From a virus (Duplodnaviria; Caudoviricetes): DNA of 31,276 nt. The stretch spans positions 1 through 31,276 of the IMG/VR virus record IMGVR_UViG_3300031647_000035; one strand, 5' to 3'. Made by a program: the position numbers and the translations under genes. Below are positions 17,971-24,996 of this stretch, in pieces (position 1 is the first letter of the stretch; each line of letters starts with the position of its first letter). The notes under the pieces are model-generated. The model had not been told where the DNA came from. It ran no database searches and worked only from the letters and a program-made list of their open reading frames with translations.

Positions 17971-19866
17971 ATGACGGAATTACAGATGGCTATGTTTCCA
18001 CCCAAAAGTGAGTGGGTTCCGCCCATCGAACTTCCGGACCTAACCAAAGCCAAGACTATCGGCATTGACTGCGAGACACGCGATCCAAACCTAAAGAAAA
18101 GCGGGCCGGGTTGGCCTACCGGCGATGGCGAGGTAGTAGGATACTCCGTTGCGGTAGACGGGTGGTCAGGCTATGTACCCCTAAAGCACTTCGGCGGCGG
18201 TAATTTAGACGCCAAGGTGGTTAACAGGTGGTTGAAGAAAGTGTTCGAGTGTCCCGCGGACAAGGTGATGCACAACGCCCAGTATGACTTGGGCTGGATC
18301 AAACAGGAGGGGTTTACTGTTAATGGTCGCGTTATCGATACCATGATGATTGCCTCTCTGCTAGACGAAAACAGATTCTCTTATAGCCTTAACGCTTTGT
18401 CTTACGACTTACTTAATAAGACGAAGTCGGAGAAGGGTTTAACTGAGGCTGCCCGGGAGTTCGGTGTCGATCCCAAAGCTGAAATGTGGAAGATGCCCGC
18501 TATGTATGTCGGTCCATACGCTGAAGCCGATGCGGAACTGACTCTGGAGTTGTGGCAGTACTTTTCCGTTCAACTTAGCCAACAAGATCTGTGGGGAGTG
18601 GCGAACCTCGAACTGGACCTGCTCCCATGTTTGGTCGACATGACCATGCGAGGCGTCCGCGTCGATGTCAACAAGGTTGAGAAGACTAGGGACAGCTTGA
18701 TCAAAAGGGAAAGGGATGTCCTGAAGGAGCTGAAGAGGGTCGCGGGCCCGGGCATAGAAATCTGGGCTGCTCAATCGTTGGCAAAGGCCTTCGACAACCT
18801 CGGCATCAACTACCCAAAGACTGAGAAAGGCGCACCGTCGTTCACTAAAGTTTTCCTCCAAGACCATCAGCATCCCGTCGCGAAGCTCGTCGTCCAAGCT
18901 AGGAACCTGAACAAGACATCCGGAACTTTCATCAATTCCATCATGACTCACTGTCACAGCGATGGCCGAATACATAGTCATATCAATCAAGTCCGCTCGG
19001 ATGAAGGAGGTACGGTATCGGGGAGAATCTCGATGTCGAATCCGAATTTGCAGCAGATCCCGGCTCGCGACCCAGAGTTCGGGCCAATGATCCGTTCACT
19101 GTTCCTCCCGGAGGAAGGAGAGCAGTGGGCTGCCGTTGACTTCTCCCAGCAAGAACCGCGCATCTTGGTCCATTATGCTCATGTCTACGGAAAAACGCGA
19201 GGGATACCACTGGAGGGTGCCGCGGAGTTTGTTAAGGCGTACAAGACCGAGCCCGAGACTGACTTTCACGGCTTGGTAGCCGAGATGGCAAACATCCCGC
19301 GGAAGCAAGCTAAGACGATCAATTTAGGTCTTATCTATGGCATGGGTGTCGTGAAGATTGGTGAGCAGTTGGAGCTGGAAGAGGGCGAGGCCAAGGCCTT
19401 GGTCAAGCTATACCACTCCCGAGTTCCATTCGTTAAGGGCTTGATGAACGGTGTGATGAACAGGCTAAACGATAAGGCGTCAGGTGGTGCCTTACGGTCA
19501 TTAGAGGGTCGTAAGTGTCGCTTTGAACTCTGGGAGCCTGATACGTTTGCCATGCACAAGGCTCTGCCCTATCAATCCGCGGTGGACGAGTATGGGCCCA
19601 CGACTCGGTTGAAGCGAGCGTTCACTTACAAGGCACTGAACAGGCTCATCCAAGCGTCAGCCGCGGACATGACCAAGAAAGCGATGGTTAATCTTTACAA
19701 GCTTGGACACTTGCCCATGCTGCAAATCCACGACGAATTAGCGATGTCGGTTAAGACTCGTGAGGAGGCGGAAGCGATTGCAAAGATCATGGAGGATGCT
19801 ATACCTCTAGAAGTGCCCAATGTTTGCGACGTTGAGATCGGACCATCTTGGGGAGAAGCTGTATAA
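17971..19866 (+). CDS. polA: Family A DNA polymerase with 3'-5' exonuclease, no 5' nuclease; Leu at the E. coli 762-equivalent position
   Basis: ExoI IDCET, ExoII HNAQYD, ExoIII YAEAD; motif A DFSQQEPR, motif B RKQAKTINLGLIYGMG, motif C QIHDEL. Confidence 0.96.
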   Translation: MTELQMAMFPPKSEWVPPIELPDLTKAKTIGIDCETRDPNLKKSGPGWPTGDGEVVGYSVAVDGWSGYVPLKHFGGGNLDAKVVNRWLKKVFECPADKVMHNAQYDLGWIKQEGFTVNGRVIDTMMIASLLDENRFSYSLNALSYDLLNKTKSEKGLTEAAREFGVDPKAEMWKMPAMYVGPYAEADAELTLELWQYFSVQLSQQDLWGVANLELDLLPCLVDMTMRGVRVDVNKVEKTRDSLIKRERDVLKELKRVAGPGIEIWAAQSLAKAFDNLGINYPKTEKGAPSFTKVFLQDHQHPVAKLVVQARNLNKTSGTFINSIMTHCHSDGRIHSHINQVRSDEGGTVSGRISMSNPNLQQIPARDPEFGPMIRSLFLPEEGEQWAAVDFSQQEPRILVHYAHVYGKTRGIPLEGAAEFVKAYKTEPETDFHGLVAEMANIPRKQAKTINLGLIYGMGVVKIGEQLELEEGEAKALVKLYHSRVPFVKGLMNGVMNRLNDKASGGALRSLEGRKCRFELWEPDTFAMHKALPYQSAVDEYGPTTRLKRAFTYKALNRLIQASAADMTKKAMVNLYKLGHLPMLQIHDELAMSVKTREEAEAIAKIMEDAIPLEVPNVCDVEIGPSWGEAV

Positions 19867-19905
19867 GTTTGAGTGATGATTAGATATACCAGTTGGTTAT
19901 AAAGG

Positions 19906-19934
19906 TTGTAAGGTATACGATGATATGCGATACT
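19906..19934 (+). promoter_or_regulatory. Putative sigma70 promoter overlapped by phased TATACGA/TATGCGA repeats
   Basis: TTGTAA, 17 bp, GATACT with extended -10 TG. Confidence 0.6.
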
Positions 19935-19992
19935 TTACATATCAGTTGGAAGACCCAACCGATAGGGGCAGGCAAGCCCCACCGCGTGGACA

Positions 19993-20008
19993 TGTTTCAC
20001 GTGAAACA
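19993..20008. promoter_or_regulatory. parS: parS-consensus palindrome (ParB-binding site)
   Basis: TGTTTCACGTGAAACA, exact match to the widespread chromosomal parS consensus TGTTNCACGTGAAACA; intergenic. Confidence 0.8.
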
Positions 20009-20033
20009 GCTCATTAACAAACTGGAGTAGGAA

Positions 20034-20363
20034 ATGAAAAAGAAAGAAAGTATGTTTTATAGCTACAGAATTATTACGGAAGAAGCGGAAGAAGTAGGAT
20101 TAAATCGGAAACAAAGGTCAGGAGGTTGCTGGTTAGAGTTTCATACGGGTTGGGATAAAGACGAAGTCAGGCAGGGTAAAAACCTTAATCGTGCTATTTG
20201 TTTGAAGGACCTAACGAAATTTGTAGATGGCACTCCTTTGAAGTTTGAAGGTGATTGCGGTAAAGATCACCACGAACGTCTTGCCTATTTCATGAAAAGT
20301 TGCGAACACGAAATTGATATGTACGAAATGCAACGTGTCAAGTATGGGTGGGAGCAAACATGA
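20034..20363 (+). CDS. Hypothetical protein (109 aa)
   Basis: GGAG/AGGA RBS; AT-richer than flanks. Confidence 0.75.
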   Translation: MKKKESMFYSYRIITEEAEEVGLNRKQRSGGCWLEFHTGWDKDEVRQGKNLNRAICLKDLTKFVDGTPLKFEGDCGKDHHERLAYFMKSCEHEIDMYEMQRVKYGWEQT

Positions 20364-20737
20364 AAGATCAAGAAGGGTACGACTTGTTGCGAAAGAAACT
20401 AACTGCTCAAGAGGTCAAGGCGCTGCATGAACGATGCTCGGATTGGCAAAGCGGCGAAAAGATATTTTTTTCGAGCGAAGTCCATCAAGAAGATAGCATG
20501 TTGGAAAGAATAAATTATATTTGCGCGAAGTCTGCGCGATTTCATTCTTACCAGCCCCGTAAAAAATTGGTCTGGCTGCAATTTTCAAAGAAGGATGTAA
20601 AGAATCCCTCAAAAGATCGAAGAGATTTAATCTACCCCTTCACGTTAAAAGAGGTTCGCCGACACAACATGCGTCGAACAGACGCGATGTACGCCAAAGG
20701 CGAATCTGTCGGATGGCTTAACGATTACTTTAAATAA
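20360..20737 (+). CDS. Hypothetical basic protein
   Basis: ATGA coupling, GGAG RBS; start moved to ATG 20360. Confidence 0.75.
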   Translation: MKDQEGYDLLRKKLTAQEVKALHERCSDWQSGEKIFFSSEVHQEDSMLERINYICAKSARFHSYQPRKKLVWLQFSKKDVKNPSKDRRDLIYPFTLKEVRRHNMRRTDAMYAKGESVGWLNDYFK

Positions 20738-20743
20738 ACCACT

Positions 20744-21027
20744 CGGGGCTTCGGCCCCACAACTAAAAGGGAATTGTAATGACAATTAAAAAACGCACAG
20801 GCACTTGGATTGAAGAAAAGCCCGGAGATACGATGGTTCGCGCAATCAACGAAGGCCACACTGATCGAGAAGTTTACGAGTTCTTGTTAGACGCATGTTC
20901 AAGGTCTTTTAAGAACAAACAAGATCGGCAGGACCTCGCAGACCAAATAGCTCAAGTTCGAGCCATCAACGTGTTTGCTCAAAGCACTCTGGAAATCGCC
21001 TAACCTAAACGGGGCTTCGGCCCCACA
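20744..21027 (+). repeat. 18-bp direct repeat CGGGGCTTCGGCCCCACA (20744-20761, 21010-21027), each a C(UUCG)G hairpin, flanking one gene
   Basis: Read directly. Confidence 0.9.
20779..21003 (+). CDS. Hypothetical protein (74 aa)
   Basis: AAAAGGG RBS; fills the space between the two hairpin repeats. Confidence 0.75.
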   Translation: MTIKKRTGTWIEEKPGDTMVRAINEGHTDREVYEFLLDACSRSFKNKQDRQDLADQIAQVRAINVFAQSTLEIA

Positions 21028-21028
21028 T

Positions 21029-21067
21029 AAAAAAAACCCCAGAGGGAGTAAGGTCTGGGGCTTTTTT
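21029..21067. terminator. Bidirectional-type intrinsic terminator
   Basis: A8-CCCCAGA-loop-TCTGGGG-C-T6. Confidence 0.75.
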
Positions 21068-21128
21068 AAAAACATCCTCGTAAGGACCATTTCAGTATAC
21101 ACATAAAAAACATAAAGGGAGTACCTCT

Positions 21129-21776
21129 ATGAACATAGCAGATCACAAATTAGCATCCTCGTTAGTAGCAAAAGTAATAAGTGACGGCCACCTTATATCT
21201 GTTTTCGATAGTGAAGATTGGTGCCTTAGCTACTCTAAAGACGAATCTGAAATCTTTGAAGCATTAGACTCGACCGGGGAAGACACCATTAAAGTGTCCT
21301 TTATTAACTCTACTCAAGACTCCGATAATGTTTGCTATACGGACATCGGCTCGTTTTACTTGATATGGGACAACGGCAGTGATGAAGAACCCATGATCGC
21401 CATCAGCGACTACAACGATAACGAATACTGCAACAGCGTTGTTCAGCACTTAGAAAAGATCTTCCCCGAAGATTGGCACCCCAGTAGATGGTTTAACGAT
21501 CCCGTCGAGGCCAGCCCCGGGAGAAAACTCGTGGACAGCTTCCTACCCAACGAAAGATACTTCGGATCACCCAGCAACTCAGGCAAATCAATCAAAGAAT
21601 ACTGGGCGTCGATACCAACCATAGACCCCGGGAGCCTTAGCAATCAAGACCTATCAAGCTTCTTACGTGACTTAGCGATGGTCGCGGACAGCGAGCCAGA
21701 CCACAAATTATCCGCGGTAGGGTTAGCCGATATTCTTTGCGCGGTGGCCGATAGGCTAGACCCGGAGGAGGTGTAA
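21129..21776 (+). CDS. Hypothetical acidic protein (215 aa)
   Basis: AGGGAG RBS; long ORF. Confidence 0.75.
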   Translation: MNIADHKLASSLVAKVISDGHLISVFDSEDWCLSYSKDESEIFEALDSTGEDTIKVSFINSTQDSDNVCYTDIGSFYLIWDNGSDEEPMIAISDYNDNEYCNSVVQHLEKIFPEDWHPSRWFNDPVEASPGRKLVDSFLPNERYFGSPSNSGKSIKEYWASIPTIDPGSLSNQDLSSFLRDLAMVADSEPDHKLSAVGLADILCAVADRLDPEEV

Positions 21777-22078
21777 TGAAAATTTATTACAAAAGAATTC
21801 TGTGTGACGGTCGCCCTTACTGCGTATACGATAGCAGCCGAAAAGTAGTTATCAATAAGTGTAAACAACTTGTTGCTGAACAAGACTACTATTATGAAGC
21901 CGGTGTGGAACCAGAAGTCGAAGTAACTGAAATACCTATTTCAAAAGATGGGATACTTACCGCTATTTCTTTGGGTGCGATGTTAGCCGGAGACTGTGAC
22001 ACGTTAATTCCAGTTCCAAAGAAGGACCTTAAAGCGGCATGGCTATCCGACGTTCGGAGGGAAGTATTCAATCCTTAA
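21776..22078 (+). CDS. Hypothetical protein (100 aa)
   Basis: GGAGG RBS, TAATG coupling. Confidence 0.75.
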   Translation: MKIYYKRILCDGRPYCVYDSSRKVVINKCKQLVAEQDYYYEAGVEPEVEVTEIPISKDGILTAISLGAMLAGDCDTLIPVPKKDLKAAWLSDVRREVFNP

Positions 22079-22084
22079 TGAAAA

Positions 22085-22119
22085 TTGCTTTGTTGCATAT
22101 CTTCCTATAATATCCTACA
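22085..22119 (+). promoter_or_regulatory. Putative promoter of the RHH-like gene with three phased motif variants
   Basis: TTGCTT, 17 bp, TAATAT; TTGCATA/TCCTATA/TCCTACA at 10-bp spacing. Confidence 0.55.
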
Positions 22120-22143
22120 CATCCGATGTCAATGGAAATAAAA

Positions 22144-22317
22144 ATGGATACATCACGCTGGAAAAGTATTCTCGTTCACCGAGAGGTCTACGAAGAGATA
22201 AAAGCCCTAAGCCATGCCGAAGGTAGAACCATTGGAGGACAGCTCCGGCTGGTCTTCGATTGGTACAGGGAAGACATGAAGAAGGAAAAAGCAACCGAGG
22301 AAAAGATAAGTGAGTAA
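22144..22317 (+). CDS. Putative ribbon-helix-helix (Arc/CopG-like) DNA-binding protein
   Basis: MDTSRWKSILVHREVYEEIKALSHAEGRTIGGQLRLVF: beta-strand KSILV, helix, GRT turn, helix. Confidence 0.65.
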   Translation: MDTSRWKSILVHREVYEEIKALSHAEGRTIGGQLRLVFDWYREDMKKEKATEEKISE

Positions 22318-22468
22318 AGGTAAACTCTGCGGAGGGTGCGGAACAGAAGACCCTGAAGCATTCTCTCCCTCGCAAAAGAATAGATGTAAGGATTGCCGAA
22401 CCAAAGACACCATTGAAGACGGGCCCTGCAAGACGGCCCTTAAATGGTTAAGCGTTAGGTGGGTATGA
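22310..22468 (+). CDS. Small zinc-finger protein (52 aa), not in ORF track
   Basis: GTG start; LCGGCG...RCKDCR; overlaps both neighbours. Confidence 0.65.
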   Translation: MSKGKLCGGCGTEDPEAFSPSQKNRCKDCRTKDTIEDGPCKTALKWLSVRWV

Positions 22469-22638
22469 AAATCGCTTTGTTCCTGCTGCTAACCAACTCA
22501 GGCTGGATTAAGTTTGAAGAATACAACTCTTTTGCCGAATGCCGCGAAACTCGGGACCGTATTGTCTCGGAGAATCCGGACAGAATAGAAGGGTTTTGCT
22601 GTTTAGTAACAGAATCGGAGTGCTTTAGTGGTAGATAA
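22465..22638 (+). CDS. Small hypothetical protein (57 aa), not in ORF track
   Basis: ATGA coupling; MKIALFLLLTNSGW..., Cys-containing. Confidence 0.6.
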   Translation: MKIALFLLLTNSGWIKFEEYNSFAECRETRDRIVSENPDRIEGFCCLVTESECFSGR

Positions 22639-22783
22639 GGATAAGCAAGAGATTGAGCGGAAGAAGAAAGTAAGGCGAGCCCACCCGTGGCGCAAACGGT
22701 TCCTGACCAAGTCAGACCGTATCCAGAAAGGTAACACCCCCAAACAAAATCAAGACCCGGCTCCTGACATTTACGGAGCATAA
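22628..22783 (+). CDS. Small basic protein (51 aa), not in ORF track
   Basis: GGAG then GTG; MVDKDKQEIERKKKVRRAHPWRKRF... Confidence 0.55.
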   Translation: MVDKDKQEIERKKKVRRAHPWRKRFLTKSDRIQKGNTPKQNQDPAPDIYGA

Positions 22784-22785
22784 TA

Positions 22786-22827
22786 TATGCGATTAAGTAG
22801 CACATCTCCCATACATGTGTGTATAAT
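22786..22827 (+). promoter_or_regulatory. Putative promoter for sRNA/leader with inverted TATGCGA...TCCCATA motifs
   Basis: Perfect TATAAT at 22822-22827; weak -35 TAGCAC at 18 bp. Confidence 0.6.
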
Positions 22828-22833
22828 GATCAC

Positions 22834-22914
22834 GAGCATGGAAACATGCTTACCTTTAGTTGGTTAGTGAGTAAGACCCGCCCCGGTTCGGTTGCCTCTG
22901 CGCCGGGGCACTTT
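22834..22914 (+). ncRNA. Candidate trans-acting antisense sRNA (about 80 nt) complementary to RBS leaders of accessory genes
   Basis: Begins 7 nt after TATAAT; 5' hairpin AGCATG-GAAA-CATGCT; core CCTTTAGTTGGTTAGTGAG; 3' hairpin GCCCCGG...CCGGGGC-ACTTT; core complementary to eight leaders. Confidence 0.65.
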
Positions 22915-22924
22915 AGGAGATACC

Positions 22925-23134
22925 ATGGAAAAAATATTTGTAGATGGCCTTATGGCTAAGAAACCGCGGGACACGGCTCCCGATTGGATCAAGTGCAACA
23001 TCAGCATAAAACGCGAAGACCTCGCAGCATGGCTCAACGCTCAGCAAGACGAATGGATAAACGTGCAAGTGTGCGAATCTAAACAAGGCAAATGGTACGC
23101 GGAGGTGGATACATGGAAGCCAGAAAAAGGGTGA
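22925..23134 (+). CDS. Phage hypothetical protein (69 aa)
   Basis: AGGAGA RBS; MEKIFVDGL...APDWIK...SKQGKWYAEVDTWKP; start moved to ATG 22925. Confidence 0.8.
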   Translation: MEKIFVDGLMAKKPRDTAPDWIKCNISIKREDLAAWLNAQQDEWINVQVCESKQGKWYAEVDTWKPEKG

Positions 23135-23289
23135 GCGATATCAGATGGGGATGGGCAGTCGCTCAGATCAACCACATCGTCAACGAGCAAATAGAACGAA
23201 TCGACAAAAATGACGAGCTAACGCCCGAAGTTAAAGCTGAAAAGATTGACGAAGCCGAAAAGGCTTGGCAAAGAATAATGCAAGGATGA
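23131..23289 (+). CDS. Hypothetical protein (52 aa)
   Basis: GTGA coupling; start moved to GTG 23131. Confidence 0.65.
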   Translation: MSDIRWGWAVAQINHIVNEQIERIDKNDELTPEVKAEKIDEAEKAWQRIMQG

Positions 23290-23477
23290 GTCGTGTTCGA
23301 CGGGATGACTTTACCAACATTGAATTTAAGACTTGCCAGAGATGTGACAACGAGCTACACGTCAGTAAATACAATAGGAACAAGGCCAACCGCGATGGTT
23401 ACCAATACCAGTGCGCTATGTGTCAATCCGAAACAGTAAAAGAGTCAAGGAAAAGAACCAATGACCGAAATGGGTAA
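23286..23477 (+). CDS. Small zinc-finger protein
   Basis: KTCQRC...DGYQYQCAMC, like the Zn-binding N-terminal domain of phage HNH/EndoVII-type proteins but without a nuclease domain. Confidence 0.65.
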   Translation: MSRVRRDDFTNIEFKTCQRCDNELHVSKYNRNKANRDGYQYQCAMCQSETVKESRKRTNDRNG

Positions 23478-23802
23478 TCCCGTCGAACTGATTAATATCA
23501 AAGAAGTATGCGCCATCACTAAGATGTCGCGGCCCACGGTCTACCGACGATTGAAAAACACCACGTTCCCTAAACCCCGCAAGTCCATAGCATCCTCGGG
23601 CCGCGGTCCACGCACCGTTAACAAATGGTCCAAACACGAAGTTCACGCTTGGCTGGCCGCGGGCAACGAGCCCTCGTGGACAGCGCAGGAAAAGAGTGTC
23701 TTTACTAAGTTACAAGAATACTACGATGTTTACTGGGTAGGCATTGTTGTGACGTGTTGCGCTCTTCTGGGCACTATCTTAGGACTACTGGCTACCGGGT
23801 AA
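23461..23802 (+). CDS. alpA: AlpA-family HTH regulator with C-terminal transmembrane helix
   Basis: LINIKEVCAITKMSRPTVYR...FPKP...WSKHEVHAWL; hydrophobic tail VYWVGIVVTCCALLGTILGLLATG. Confidence 0.85.
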   Translation: MTEMGNPVELINIKEVCAITKMSRPTVYRRLKNTTFPKPRKSIASSGRGPRTVNKWSKHEVHAWLAAGNEPSWTAQEKSVFTKLQEYYDVYWVGIVVTCCALLGTILGLLATG

Positions 23803-23803
23803 C

Positions 23804-23872
23804 TGGTCGACCCACGCTCCCCTCGGGCAGCAAAAACTAGGGGATCGAACCACCCTAGACAAGCATGGGCCG
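23804..23872 (-). ncRNA. Candidate 69-nt tRNA-like small RNA with ACCA 3' end
   Basis: CGGCCCA/UGGGUCG 7-bp stem (extendable to 11 bp) + A + CCA; internal hairpin with GGUUCGAUC loop; starts 7 nt after an extended -10. Confidence 0.55.
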
Positions 23873-23878
23873 AGTTCT

Positions 23879-23887
23879 ATTGTAACA
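23879..23887 (-). promoter_or_regulatory. Extended -10 promoter (TG-T-TACAAT) for the tRNA-like RNA
   Basis: Minus strand reads gttTGtTACAATagaactCGGCCC. Confidence 0.5.
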
Positions 23888-23957
23888 AACCCTCCTGTTC
23901 AACCAAATAGTCCTGTTGTAAACTGAAGTAATATTTAGTTGACGGCAAATCTCCCTG

Positions 23958-24404
23958 ATGATAGGCGAAGTTGTAGCGGTTTTATCGGCGTTGAAAGCCT
24001 TGAACGATGGCATAAAAACCGTCAAGGAATCCGGCGCTAATCTCGAAAGCATCTGCGGCAAATGGGCCGAGGCTAGTGAGCAGTACAATGACGTTGAGAA
24101 ATCTAAAGCCGGGAAGATGGGATATAAGGATGCTTTAGCCCTAGAAGGGGCGAAGCGCCAGCTTAAAAATTTCGATAGGCAACTCCAAGACATATGCTTA
24201 ATGCAGGGTCAAGGGGATTTGTACACTTCGATCAAACGACGAATGGAAGAGTCTCAGTACGCCCATGAGAAGGAGCTTCGCCTCATCAAAAAGCGCAGAA
24301 TAGAGTTCCGGAAAACAATGAAATTAGTGGGGACGGCAATTTTTACTTGGGCCTTCTTTATGGTGTTTCTGTTTGCCGCAATCTGGATGTACCGACAACC
24401 ATAA
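23958..24404 (+). CDS. Hypothetical membrane-anchored protein (148 aa)
   Basis: Helical/coiled-coil body, basic stretch, then C-terminal TM helix LVGTAIFTWAFFMVFLFAAIW. Confidence 0.8.
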   Translation: MIGEVVAVLSALKALNDGIKTVKESGANLESICGKWAEASEQYNDVEKSKAGKMGYKDALALEGAKRQLKNFDRQLQDICLMQGQGDLYTSIKRRMEESQYAHEKELRLIKKRRIEFRKTMKLVGTAIFTWAFFMVFLFAAIWMYRQP

Positions 24405-24416
24405 CGAGGAAGCATC

Positions 24417-24680
24417 ATGGCAAACGCTAAACCAGCAAAGGGTAAGGCTAAGGTTAAAATAACCTCCAGCGGTAAAAAAGTAAGCTACGGTCAGGCAGGA
24501 CGGGCCAAAAAAGGCGGCGCACGGGTCAAACCCGGTACGTCAAAGGGCGATAGCTACTGCGCCAGAAGTCTGGGGATCAAGAAACGATTGCCTAAGAAGA
24601 AACAGAATGACCCTAACACCCCGAACAATCTGAGCAGGAAACGCTGGAAGTGCGCCGGGGCTAAGTCGAAGAAGAAGTAA
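24417..24680 (+). CDS. Very basic phage protein (87 aa), probably nucleic-acid binding
   Basis: GAGG RBS; Lys/Arg-rich with KVSYGQAG, GDSYCARS, RKRWKC blocks. Confidence 0.8.
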   Translation: MANAKPAKGKAKVKITSSGKKVSYGQAGRAKKGGARVKPGTSKGDSYCARSLGIKKRLPKKKQNDPNTPNNLSRKRWKCAGAKSKKK

Positions 24681-24764
24681 GATCGCGGCTCGCGGGTCGC
24701 GCTAAACGGCACCTATTGTTATACGAGTTTGAAAATAAAAAATAATGTTTAGTCAAATATAGGC

Positions 24765-24878
24765 GTAACCAGTGTAACCATGTAACTTTCCTTGTTCAGC
24801 CCTTTATGTATAAGGGTTTCAGAGTACACACCACTGTCAATAATAAATGTAACGTAACTAAAGTTTATGTAACTAAAG
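24765..24878 (+). repeat. Cluster of six GTAAC direct repeats in an AT-rich intergenic region upstream of terS
   Basis: cGTAACc, tGTAACc, tGTAACt, then tGTAACGTAACTAAAG...tGTAACTAAAG. Confidence 0.75.
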
Positions 24879-24996
24879 GTCAAAAGTGCGTTAAGCGGGT
24901 CTGAGTTTTCTTTTTTCTTTTTTAATTTTGAATCTCGCTATACAGGGAGTAGGGTTTAAGAGAAACTACTACCGCTTAATAACTAGGATTAGACCA

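Noticed and set aside
22455-22805. 116-aa minus-strand ORF from the track
   Set aside because: Antisense to three coupled plus-strand small ORFs, no RBS, no recognisable motif
23804-23872. Canonical tRNA gene
   Set aside because: No D arm or anticodon arm and the T-loop-like sequence is in the wrong position; kept only as a tRNA-like ncRNA candidate
23895-23910. LexA box-like CTGT-N8-ATAG
   Set aside because: Mismatch in the essential CAG half-site; single weak instance
23958-24404. Holin or spanin assignment
   Set aside because: Single C-terminal TM, no adjacent endolysin, no lipobox; not supportable from sequence
24847-24875. dif-like XerCD site (ACGTAA-N7-TTATGT); also CTATGTTAAAG at 27273 and CGCATAA at 28552
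   Set aside because: No position has both a good XerC and XerD arm at 6-bp spacing; better explained by the GTAAC and TATGCGA repeat families
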